Positions 7,667 through 15,672 of a stretch of 25,872 nt of DNA are shown in pieces. The translations under genes and the position numbers were made by a program. How positions within the stretch are numbered: position 1 is the stretch's first letter; every line of letters begins with the position of its first letter. The stretch is taken from assembly GCA_020318295.1 (NCBI GenBank), contig GCA_020318295.1_4859.2. One strand, 5' to 3'. The notes beneath the pieces are model-generated. The model made no database searches and was not told the DNA's origin. It saw nothing but the letters and a program-made list of their open reading frames with translations. This DNA is from a phage.

Positions 7667-9427
7667 TTACGCGTTCTCTGTCCAAGCGTGACCACGCAGC
7701 GTTTCACCGCGTATGTCGTATTGCTTATATTTCGAAGAGTCGTAAGACGCAGGTAAGAAGATCTGATGAACAATATCCGCCAGTCGACGAGCGCCAAGGT
7801 TCTCTACAGCATTGGCTTCCATTGTTTTCTCAGCGATGAACGTATAGGTGTCCATGTCGTACTGCGTTTCCACCCCTTCGGTTTTCAACAACTTAATCAT
7901 GCCGTGGAACTCACTGTTATCCAACTTACAGATAGCAATCAGTGCCTCGGTATCCAGCGAAGACATTTTCGCTCTTAACGGAAAACGTCCCTGGAGTTCT
8001 GCCATGAGTTTAGAAACAGGCGCTTGAGCAAACGACCCAGCAGCGACAAAAAGCACATTGGTTGTGTCAACGCCATGATAAATACCCCCTTCAACCATTT
8101 TCAACAAGCTACGCTGCACACCACTACGGGATACACGTGCAGTGTGTTGCGTGTCAACCTCGATAAGTTTGTCAAACTCATCCAAGAACACCACCGCAAA
8201 GTTCTCAACGAAATCATGTCCATTACAGTTGGGTAGTTTCTTGAGGTCTTTGCGGCTGACTGTTTCTTTTTCTGGCACAACTGTTTCAGGTATCTCGTAA
8301 TGCCAAAGCCGTTCATCGGCGTATTTGGTAAATTCTGGAGAACCTTCGAACACGTCATCCCACCAACGACACCACTTCTCAGGATCTTCCAAACGAGACA
8401 ACATGCGAATAGTAAACGCTGCAGCGTCGATCGGGAGCCAATTAATGCCCGCCGGCTCGACGTCCTCGTCGTCGCCGTTAAACGTGTCGAACAAATCGTA
8501 GAAATCTGAGCCATCGGCACACGAGAGTGGCAGGTTATTTGACATCAGCGCTTGACCGGCATCAACGTATAAGTCAATCTGTTCGCCTAAAGCCATCAGC
8601 GACATAAACTCACCCATATACCCAATCGTGCCCGGTATATCACCATCCATTAACTTATCGACTTGACTTTCAAGTTCTTCACTATTCAACAGTTCAGAAA
8701 TTGACGAGACACCGAGCAGACTCCTTGCGATTTCCGAAATCTTATCTATCCATTCCTGCACAGTACGGCCACCGAGCGTAACAGAATAGATATCGAAGTC
8801 TTCGTAGGTTAAATTGTGTTGACGGCAATAGCCAACCATAAACGCGCGAAGACAATAGATGTCTTGGTATTCTTCGTACAACTCCTTCGGATCGAGTATA
8901 CCCTGACGCCGTAATAGTTCGGTGTGGTCACGTTTAGCCTGATACCGCAGCTGGCGCTCAGCTGCGCGCTCGTCTAGTTCGCGCTCAACTTCCTTACGGG
9001 ATTCACGCTCCCACTCTTCACGAGTAAGACGATTACCGTCTACTTCCGTCTCGACACGTCGTTTGGTACGCAGTTCGATATACCAGTCGGGCAATTCGAC
9101 AGAACGCGCTAAGTCGGCTAAGTCCTTGCCGATTGATGTAACTTCCCGGCCTACGTAGCCTGATTCTGTAAACGCGGTCATGTCGAGTTCCAGCACAGGT
9201 AAACCGAATTTAGTTTTCAGTACCCGCATCAACGCCGTTTTACCCGTGCCTGTTGGACCTTCTATTAAAAGGTTCTGTTTGTGGACCGACATACGGTCCA
9301 CTACGTTAAGTTTATTGGCACGGTATCGATTACGTAGCGCAATCGCCAGCATTTTCTTTGCCTGCGTTTGTCCATATACGTAACGATCGAATAGCGCCAC
9401 TATCTCAACCGGCGTGAGGTTTTCCAT
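7667..9427 (-). CDS. HslU-like AAA+ ATPase (ClpY-type unfoldase) with a greatly expanded insertion domain (586 aa)
   Basis: N-terminus TPVEIVALFDRYVYGQTQAKKMLAIALRNRYR and Walker A GPTGTGKT, TESGYVGREV, Walker B VVFLDEFDK, SRSGVQRSLLKMVEGG and sensor-2 ENLGARRL all follow the HslU pattern from memory. About 340 aa separate Walker A and B. Confidence 0.85.
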   Translation of the reverse strand: MENLTPVEIVALFDRYVYGQTQAKKMLAIALRNRYRANKLNVVDRMSVHKQNLLIEGPTGTGKTALMRVLKTKFGLPVLELDMTAFTESGYVGREVTSIGKDLADLARSVELPDWYIELRTKRRVETEVDGNRLTREEWERESRKEVERELDERAAERQLRYQAKRDHTELLRRQGILDPKELYEEYQDIYCLRAFMVGYCRQHNLTYEDFDIYSVTLGGRTVQEWIDKISEIARSLLGVSSISELLNSEELESQVDKLMDGDIPGTIGYMGEFMSLMALGEQIDLYVDAGQALMSNNLPLSCADGSDFYDLFDTFNGDDEDVEPAGINWLPIDAAAFTIRMLSRLEDPEKWCRWWDDVFEGSPEFTKYADERLWHYEIPETVVPEKETVSRKDLKKLPNCNGHDFVENFAVVFLDEFDKLIEVDTQHTARVSRSGVQRSLLKMVEGGIYHGVDTTNVLFVAAGSFAQAPVSKLMAELQGRFPLRAKMSSLDTEALIAICKLDNSEFHGMIKLLKTEGVETQYDMDTYTFIAEKTMEANAVENLGARRLADIVHQIFLPASYDSSKYKQYDIRGETLRGHAWTENA

Positions 9428-9636
9428 TAATTTTCCTCTTTCAATATCTCAGCAACTGCTTTACGGCACGCATTCACCGCGTCAGGATAAGTGGTGCTGT
9501 TCGGGTCTACGCGGTCAATGCACATTCTGAACGTACTGGTTGCGGTCTCGCGACGTTCTGCAGTGCGGGTACTGGTGCTGATGGCGATATAAATACAAAA
9601 CAACACAGCAGCCACGATCGGCCAACGTAGATTCAT
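9427..9636 (-). CDS. Small membrane protein (69 aa)
   Basis: N-terminal hydrophobic helix WPIVAAVLFCIYIAIS; coupled by ATGA at its start and TAATG at its stop to the flanking genes. Confidence 0.5.
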   Translation of the reverse strand: MNLRWPIVAAVLFCIYIAISTSTRTAERRETATSTFRMCIDRVDPNSTTYPDAVNACRKAVAEILKEEN

Positions 9637-10334
9637 CAGTAATCCCCCGTTGCTCCTATCGCAGTCGCTACTTTACCGACAACCTCGTCAACCGGAAGCA
9701 CCACCTCGTCTTTCTTGCTCACAATCTCTGGCACTTCTTTGACATGTTCAACGGTCACGTCAAATTTCCGAGTATAACCAACAAGTAACTTTGCCATATC
9801 TGCACGACTAACGAACTGTCGTTCTTCTGACAGATGCAACGACGTATCAAGTAGTCCGGAATGCATGAAGTTTTCAATGAGTTGGTCTTCTTCTGCTTTG
9901 AAGTCGTACCGCTCGTTCGGTGCAGCCACAAATGCATAACCGAAATACTTCCCCTCTTCCTGTTCAGGGCGTAACGATTTAACTAACTCCTCAGCGTGTT
10001 CACAGAAGTCCGCCAAAGTATAATCGTCAAGTGTGGCAACTGCGGTTTCTGTTACAATTTCACCGCTGTCGAGTTCGGTGAGGTGCATCACCCACAGGTG
10101 CCATGGGCGCGGTTGGTCGAACAATCCGCCGACTAACATGTCTGTGGCGATAGCACGAATACGTGGACTTGCTGTAAAGTGAAAACCGCGGCCCGCGTAC
10201 GGGCCGAGACGGCGAATGGAGCTGCCAATAAAGGTGATGCGGTTCAGCGCGTTTTCAGCGATGGTGTGCGCTGTACGCTCTGTAGCAGCTTTTGGGTTAT
10301 ACTTTTTGTTACGGGGTTTCTTTTGCTTAGCCAT
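9636..10334 (-). CDS. Hypothetical protein (232 aa)
   Basis: Start overlaps the upstream stop as TAATG; basic N-terminus MAKQKKPRNKKYNPK. Confidence 0.6.
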   Translation of the reverse strand: MAKQKKPRNKKYNPKAATERTAHTIAENALNRITFIGSSIRRLGPYAGRGFHFTASPRIRAIATDMLVGGLFDQPRPWHLWVMHLTELDSGEIVTETAVATLDDYTLADFCEHAEELVKSLRPEQEEGKYFGYAFVAAPNERYDFKAEEDQLIENFMHSGLLDTSLHLSEERQFVSRADMAKLLVGYTRKFDVTVEHVKEVPEIVSKKDEVVLPVDEVVGKVATAIGATGDY

Positions 10335-10804
10335 TACTTAAAAACCTTTTTACAGACAGTGTGGAATACTTTACGAATTTCGCGAAGAGTTTGTTCGGTA
10401 TGCAGATGCCGATACGTTATTTTCCATGCGTTATACGTGTTCTTCAGGGTGATCTCGCTGAGGTCGTAGACGAAATCCTCATCAGGGTACAAGAGTCTCG
10501 CCATGCACAAATCCCACAGTGGCGGAATATCCGCTTTCATTAACTCAGCGACAAGCTCATGTGCTTTGTGTTCAAAGCCGATGCCAAGAACGAACACCAC
10601 ATGAAATTCCCCCGGTGTGTTCTTTTTAGAATATGGTCCGTGTCCATGACACGACCACATTGTCGTGGCACCAGGATAACTACAAATGACCTCACACGCA
10701 TCCCGTACGCCTTTCTCAACCCAACCGTTTACGAGCGCCTTAGACGTTCGTAGTTTAAACCGACCCAGAACATCCAGGTCCACGCCACCGTATAAAACTG
10801 GCAT
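10334..10804 (-). CDS. Hypothetical protein (156 aa)
   Basis: ATG at 10804 with AAGGAG 8 nt upstream; contains an SCHGHG motif of unknown meaning. Confidence 0.6.
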   Translation of the reverse strand: MPVLYGGVDLDVLGRFKLRTSKALVNGWVEKGVRDACEVICSYPGATTMWSCHGHGPYSKKNTPGEFHVVFVLGIGFEHKAHELVAELMKADIPPLWDLCMARLLYPDEDFVYDLSEITLKNTYNAWKITYRHLHTEQTLREIRKVFHTVCKKVFK

Positions 10805-10832
10805 CTTTAATTCTCCTTAAGGGTGTCTTCAT

Positions 10833-11285
10833 TTAATGGTTATGTTCTGTAAAAATTGCGAGTGCGAGCCAGTGCTCCATCACTCTTTCCATCACATCCG
10901 GGTCAGGTCGATAGTTGAGTCTAAACGTCCAGCTTGGATAACAGAGATTCGCGTTGCCTTCTTGACGCAGCCAAGTAAAGTTTAACTGAAAACGTTTCCC
11001 GTATTCGTGCGGCTGCCATCCTTCTAATAAATGATTAATGTCTTTAAGACCCGCCTCGGTTGCCACAAATGTTAAGCTGTGGTGTCTACGTGTACGAAGC
11101 TTGTCTCCGTCTTTGCGAACTTCTCCCGTGAATGCCCAAACGGTTGCGATATTCGGCCATTCGCTAAATGCCCTAATGATTGCACGCGTTTTAACATCGA
11201 CTGGTTTTTCAGCATCCAGCGCCCGGATTGTGCGCTGCTTGTACGCGGCCAATTCCGCATCATTGACGACTGAACATTGAAACAT
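10833..11285 (-). CDS. Hypothetical protein (150 aa)
   Basis: ATG at 11285; first gene after the terminator at 11305-11345. Confidence 0.55.
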   Translation of the reverse strand: MFQCSVVNDAELAAYKQRTIRALDAEKPVDVKTRAIIRAFSEWPNIATVWAFTGEVRKDGDKLRTRRHHSLTFVATEAGLKDINHLLEGWQPHEYGKRFQLNFTWLRQEGNANLCYPSWTFRLNYRPDPDVMERVMEHWLALAIFTEHNH

Positions 11286-11304
11286 GGTATACCCCCCAAA
11301 GGGT

Positions 11305-11345
11305 TAAAAATAAAAAGAACCCTACCTAACCGAAGTTAGGTAGGG
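11305..11345 (-). terminator. Intrinsic terminator
   Basis: 10-bp stem ccctacctaa/ttaggtaggg with a CTTCGG loop on the minus strand, followed by TTCTTTTTATTTTT. Confidence 0.7.
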
Positions 11346-11351
11346 GACTAT

Positions 11352-11657
11352 TTAAGCGACAACGCGTTTGCGTTTATCGACGACTTTCTTGGTTGCTTTC
11401 GCTACCTTCTTAGTGGCAGGGATGGTATCAACCGGGGTGTCGGCTACCAAGGCACGTTCTACGCCGTCTGCGCGGAGAACACGCAGATTCTTCGCCTGTG
11501 GTAAACCTTTGAAAGTGATGGTCAAACCCGCGCGGAGACCTTGATACAGAAACCCTTGCAGGTTCAGTTTCTTGGCGGTTGCAGTGCTCTCACAACCTTT
11601 CTCCACGTACAGCAGAGTCGTACCTGCACGTTTGACAATTGTGTATTGTTTAGCCAT
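11352..11657 (-). CDS. Small basic protein with Lys-rich C-terminal tail (101 aa); possible DNA-binding protein
   Basis: Monocistronic between promoter motif P2 and its own terminator; C-terminus KKVAKATKKVVDKRKRVVA. Product is an inference. Confidence 0.6.
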   Translation of the reverse strand: MAKQYTIVKRAGTTLLYVEKGCESTATAKKLNLQGFLYQGLRAGLTITFKGLPQAKNLRVLRADGVERALVADTPVDTIPATKKVAKATKKVVDKRKRVVA

Positions 11658-11682
11658 CTACTTTTTCCTTTCTTTACAGTTA

Positions 11683-11710
11683 GGTTCAGTAAAATAACAT
11701 CTATCTGAAA
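11683..11710 (-). promoter_or_regulatory. Conserved promoter-like motif P2 (minus strand TTTCAGATAGATGTTATTTTACTGAACC)
   Basis: Core identical to P1; 53 nt upstream of the ATG at 11657. Confidence 0.45.
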
Positions 11711-11719
11711 AGTCGTGCG

Positions 11720-12052
11720 TTAAACCACCATCTCTAAGCGCACATACTCCTTACGGCTAGGATGTACCTGCGCCCTAATCCGATGATGCACACGGTCGAT
11801 GAGCAGCGTTTCGTTTACGCGCGGAATAAACCGAAATACGTTTAACGGTAACGTGAACTCAACACCCGTCACAATATTAGACAGTGTCATTAGTTCTTCG
11901 CCGATACCTTTAACTTCTGCAACCACGGAACGATCGTGTACCTCACCACCTAACGGGGGTGTGAACGCCCGAATAAAACGGACGTGCAGTTCCTGGTGCG
12001 TCAGTGTGGGCTCAATGGGGTTTAGGTTCGACATGAAGCTGTCCTGGGGCAT
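11720..12052 (-). CDS. Hypothetical protein (about 110 aa; start ambiguous)
   Basis: ORF 11720..12271 trimmed, because its first 67 codons lie antisense-like across the better ORF 12012..12329. Candidate ATGs at 12070, 12052 and 12034; the last two have AGGA/AAGG upstream. Confidence 0.4.
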   Translation of the reverse strand: MPQDSFMSNLNPIEPTLTHQELHVRFIRAFTPPLGGEVHDRSVVAEVKGIGEELMTLSNIVTGVEFTLPLNVFRFIPRVNETLLIDRVHHRIRAQVHPSRKEYVRLEMVV

Positions 12053-12329
12053 ACGCGGTACCTTTTTCATTGGTTGTGTTAGCAACGCACCACATCCACT
12101 GTTTAGTTTCTTTGTCTTGCCAAGAAAACAAGATAGAACCCTCGCGGATTTCAGACGCATCAACTTCGGGATGGAATAACATGAATTCGTTTTCATCGTT
12201 GTCCACCACGACATACTGCCCTTCTTCCATACGGTCGAAGTTAGCGACACCAACGGTAATCGGTTCCGCATCGACAGAAAGGGTCACTTCACGTTTTGGC
12301 AGGTCACGATGAATAGCACTTAACCACAT
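12012..12329 (-). CDS. Hypothetical protein (105 aa)
   Basis: ATG at 12329; protein-like composition; first gene after the terminator at 12384-12425. Confidence 0.5.
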   Translation of the reverse strand: MWLSAIHRDLPKREVTLSVDAEPITVGVANFDRMEEGQYVVVDNDENEFMLFHPEVDASEIREGSILFSWQDKETKQWMWCVANTTNEKGTAYAPGQLHVEPKPH

Positions 12330-12383
12330 TCTCTTAATTCCTCTTTACGTGGGTTGTTTCACATAAGTTAGTGGACTGATGTA

Positions 12384-12425
12384 AATAAAAAGGGACCTCC
12401 TCACCCGTGGGCAAGGAGGCGGGCC
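12384..12425 (-). terminator. Intrinsic terminator
   Basis: GC-rich stem cctcct/aggagg with extensions, followed by CCCTTTTTATTT on the minus strand; abuts the stop at 12426. Confidence 0.55.
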
Positions 12426-12908
12426 TTACAGTTGGTTTTCTTCACGGTCGTCTGTCAGGACGGCAGCACAGATAAAGCGTGCGAGTTTCAATTTCGCAGC
12501 TGCAGTCTCCTCTGCAGACGGATTCGGGTCAACCGGCGCAGCCAAATCGACATCTGCCAGCTCTTCCGCGTATTTCTCAGCAGCTTCATCGAAGCCTGCA
12601 CGGATACCTGCCAGAAGGTCTTGTACTTCATCACTTGGCACAGGACCATCGATAAGAATCTTCTGAGCATCTGATGGCTCTACATCGGCAAAGTTCATTT
12701 CGTTCAACATGCCAATGCGTTCTGCGTTAGAGGTGATGAGTTGTGCCAACAGTTTTTCAAAACGGTTGATATGTTCATCGTCCAACGGTTGACCGGTCAG
12801 TAGCTCGTAGTAGCGGGCCATAAGTGTGTTCGCGTCGGCCCCTTCCTCATGACGCACGCCTAAATCAAAATCGTGCTGAGGGAGCTGACCTAATTCGATC
12901 ATATCCAT
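12426..12908 (-). CDS. Acidic hypothetical protein (about 160 aa)
   Basis: The track ORF begins with TTG at 12920; ATG at 12908 (MDMIELG...) has GAGG 7 nt upstream. Confidence 0.55.
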   Translation of the reverse strand: MDMIELGQLPQHDFDLGVRHEEGADANTLMARYYELLTGQPLDDEHINRFEKLLAQLITSNAERIGMLNEMNFADVEPSDAQKILIDGPVPSDEVQDLLAGIRAGFDEAAEKYAEELADVDLAAPVDPNPSAEETAAAKLKLARFICAAVLTDDREENQL

Positions 12909-12948
12909 AGTTAACCTCAACGGTATTTAAGGGTCATACAATGGCGAA

Positions 12949-13209
12949 TTACGCCGTTACCGGAACAGGGGTGATTAACAGCTCCCCTTCCACCTCACGT
13001 AACTGATAACCGTACATGACGTTGTAGGATTTAATACCGTCGCGCTGTTTGGCTTTCGCGACGAGTTTTTCTAACACGCGACTATGTGCACGAGTCATTT
13101 CTTCTTTCGAATAAACGACTTGGAGTACGTGCTGTTCGTCAATGACGGCACGAAACTGCATTACATCACCGTCTTCAACGTTGTAAACGACTTCTTTAGA
13201 CTTCGACAC
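12949..13209 (-). CDS. Hypothetical protein (86 aa, GTG start)
   Basis: GTG at 13209 lies 6 nt after the upstream stop, so translational coupling is plausible; no SD. Confidence 0.45.
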   Translation of the reverse strand: MSKSKEVVYNVEDGDVMQFRAVIDEQHVLQVVYSKEEMTRAHSRVLEKLVAKAKQRDGIKSYNVMYGYQLREVEGELLITPVPVTA

Positions 13210-13215
13210 TGTACG

Positions 13216-14028
13216 TTAATTTGCATTATCTTCTCCATTACTAGTTTTCAGAGTACGTCCGTACACATAACTTTCGGGCAGCCAACCGTTTTCTAATAAC
13301 CACATTGCGGCAGGCCCCCCAGTATATTGGTGGTAGGTGTAAATCAGTTCATCCCCCACCGGTAATTCAGACTGGATACAGTGCATCAACAGTCCGAACT
13401 CCTCCCGAGTTAGAGTAACCACCCCTTCTGCGGTAAACCATCCACCAATAACCCAGCGTTGTCCACGATGTGTGAGCACTGTCAGTTTGTAACTATCACT
13501 GTTCCGCCACGACATCATCCTCCCGCCCGTAACGAGCGTTGAGTAGATAGAGCTTTTACCGTAAAGCATTCTAACCCAATCCAAGAACGCTTTCTTACTA
13601 TCGAACAACGAACTGACATCCCCACAGAAATCCTCATCGTGGCTAGGCACCGATGAATTAATTTTGCGGTAGTTTATCGTTTCGCAACAAAAGCCCATGC
13701 GAGCATATTCGTCCCCTTCCGAACGAGTAAAATGCATCGCATAGTTACACTCCGCTGAGCGGAGTAAAGCATCCGCAAGCGAGGTTAACTGGGCGTCTAA
13801 AGCACGAACCATGTTGATAACTTCTAACATGTATCCGTGGTCCAGACAGAGCACGATCGCGTCAGGCGCAACCGTGTCCCGACTGAATACTTCAAAGATT
13901 CGGTAGTAAAGACGGCGTTCATCTTGTAACGTGGAAGGATCGATATCATTTAACAACGATAACGCTTTACGGTCTTCCAACCACGTTCGGTCCAGAATCC
14001 TCTCCGTGCGTTCGATAACTCTCAGCAT
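13216..14028 (-). CDS. Hypothetical protein (270 aa)
   Basis: ATG at 14028 with AAGGAG 5 nt upstream. Confidence 0.6.
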   Translation of the reverse strand: MLRVIERTERILDRTWLEDRKALSLLNDIDPSTLQDERRLYYRIFEVFSRDTVAPDAIVLCLDHGYMLEVINMVRALDAQLTSLADALLRSAECNYAMHFTRSEGDEYARMGFCCETINYRKINSSVPSHDEDFCGDVSSLFDSKKAFLDWVRMLYGKSSIYSTLVTGGRMMSWRNSDSYKLTVLTHRGQRWVIGGWFTAEGVVTLTREEFGLLMHCIQSELPVGDELIYTYHQYTGGPAAMWLLENGWLPESYVYGRTLKTSNGEDNAN

Positions 14029-14037
14029 ATTCTCTCC

Positions 14038-14841
14038 TTACGCAAGGGTGTAGTGATGCGTGATTACACGATACTCCAACCCTTCGATAGAAGGAAACTC
14101 GTGCTCTATCGCAACGCCCATGTTGACCTTTTTACCTTTCTGTCCCGCCAAATGCAAAATAGCGTGGTAGTGTTTTAGAAACTCTACCGAGTAAGCAACC
14201 GGGTCAAAAGTTTGGCAGCAGAATTGCTCAGTAATGATGCTCTTCGGGAATTCCTTATAAAGCATTAATGAAAACGGTTTCTGGCCGTGCAACCCCACGA
14301 ACGCAGAGACAAAACCATTTGCTAATTCACCCAACATCTCACGCGTTCCTGCGTCTTTTAGCGTAGGTCGCATTAGATAGCAAACATCCTGGGTTTGTTC
14401 TAATGACAATGTCTCCAACGGGACAACCGATGGGTCTGACGTAAAACCGTATTTCGGACTGACAGTAATCTCCACACGCTTCGTTACAGCTTCGAACCCC
14501 AGGCGCTGGTATAGTGCTGCGTGCTCAGTGTCGTGCGGAAAGCAGGTAATATCGAGCATCTGCACTTCCAGGAGTCGCGTTAAACGCTTCCACTCGTGGA
14601 ACAGGGGCTCGGAGAGCACGTGAAGCTCGTAGATGTAGTAAACAATACCTGAACGACATCCACGAAAATACATTTGCGCACGACCGCTATTGCTCAACAC
14701 TAACCAATGATCGTCTTCTTGGTCTGCGACGGGTCGCAAATCTTGAATCCGTTCGCGGAGTTGCCCCAAGGTGGTCAACCGACCACTAAACTCTACGGTC
14801 AGGTCGTTTTTGTCCATACCGTATAGATTAAATAGTTGCAT
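14038..14841 (-). CDS. Hypothetical protein (267 aa); possibly a degenerate GNAT-like fold
   Basis: ATG at 14841. The segment HDTEHAALYQRLGFEAV weakly resembles the GNAT C-terminal (Y-x-[KR]-x-GF) region; low confidence. Confidence 0.55.
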   Translation of the reverse strand: MQLFNLYGMDKNDLTVEFSGRLTTLGQLRERIQDLRPVADQEDDHWLVLSNSGRAQMYFRGCRSGIVYYIYELHVLSEPLFHEWKRLTRLLEVQMLDITCFPHDTEHAALYQRLGFEAVTKRVEITVSPKYGFTSDPSVVPLETLSLEQTQDVCYLMRPTLKDAGTREMLGELANGFVSAFVGLHGQKPFSLMLYKEFPKSIITEQFCCQTFDPVAYSVEFLKHYHAILHLAGQKGKKVNMGVAIEHEFPSIEGLEYRVITHHYTLA

Positions 14842-14850
14842 GTTGGTACC

Positions 14851-15669
14851 TTATAAGGTGCCGATTAGCTCCGTCACCGCTTTACGCTTATTCGCATCCG
14901 CAGACATATATCGACCTACTTGAACTTCGCGCCAAGTAAAGCCGTAATAAATATCGCGTGTGAGTAACGTATCTGCGTTTGACAGAACGACCTTATTGCC
15001 ATCGGCAGCTTGTTGTTTTAAAAGTTTCGCTAACTCGCGGTGGTCAGCTTGTGAAAATTCTTTGCTGTGATACTGCGCGTGTTTAGCCGTATCCGAAAGT
15101 GGGATGTAGGGCGGGTCGGCGTATATCACAGCGTTAGATGGGCACTTATTTAGGATGTCGCGGAAGTCCGCGCAGAGCAGCTCGACGTTGGTTTCCGAAC
15201 AACGTTTTGCCCACGCCAGAATTTCCTCTTCAGGGAAATAGACACCGTTCGGGTGTTGACCATAGGGCACGTTAAACCCACCCGACTGATTGTATCTGCA
15301 CAAACCATTGTAACCATGACGTGTAAGATACAGGAACATCGCGGCGCGCTGGAGATTAGGTTTCCCCGTGGTTGCTTCGCTGTTAAATCCCTCGCGTCGT
15401 TCCATGTAGAGACCGCGGTCCGTCCCATTTGCAAAGAGCGCCTTTGCTTCCAGAATCAGCGCTTCCGGACGATCGCGCGCCATGGTCAGTAACTCGATTA
15501 AGTCCGGGTTCGTGTCGCCGAGAATATAGTTCGGGTATTTAGTGTTTAAAAACACTGACCCTGCGCCCACAAAAGGTTCAACGAAATACTCAGCATCCGG
15601 AAACACCTGTAGCAGCTCGGGCAGTACACGACTCTTACCACCCATCCATTTTAAAATTGGTTTTATCAC
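14851..15669 (-). CDS. dam: DNA adenine methyltransferase (Dam-like, N6-adenine, GATC-type family)
   Basis: LKWMGGKSRVLPEL, FVEPFVGAGSVFLN (AdoMet-binding) and catalytic YADPPYIPLS (DPPY) match E. coli Dam from memory. Start is GTG at 15669, supported by the conserved LKW-GGK N-terminus. Confidence 0.9.
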   Translation of the reverse strand: MIKPILKWMGGKSRVLPELLQVFPDAEYFVEPFVGAGSVFLNTKYPNYILGDTNPDLIELLTMARDRPEALILEAKALFANGTDRGLYMERREGFNSEATTGKPNLQRAAMFLYLTRHGYNGLCRYNQSGGFNVPYGQHPNGVYFPEEEILAWAKRCSETNVELLCADFRDILNKCPSNAVIYADPPYIPLSDTAKHAQYHSKEFSQADHRELAKLLKQQAADGNKVVLSNADTLLTRDIYYGFTWREVQVGRYMSADANKRKAVTELIGTL

Positions 15670-15672
15670 CCG

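Noticed and set aside
7570-7797. 75-aa minus-strand ORF spanning the gap between the HslU-like gene and the next gene
   Set aside because: It overlaps the 3' end of the HslU-like gene and the start of the 160-aa gene in another frame; its composition is not protein-like.
8101-8520. 139-aa minus-strand ORF inside the HslU-like gene (also 15150..15434, 18663..18902, 23770..24024, 9755..9937)
   Set aside because: These are alternative-frame ORFs fully nested within strongly supported genes; Arg/Ser-rich translations suggest frame artefacts.
12371-12380. Recurring GTCCACT heptamer near three terminator-to-gene junctions (12371-12380, 18293-18302, about 24085-24092)
   Set aside because: A 7-mer is expected by chance about once or twice per strand in 26 kb, and the flanks are not conserved; too weak to call a motif without statistics on the whole genome.
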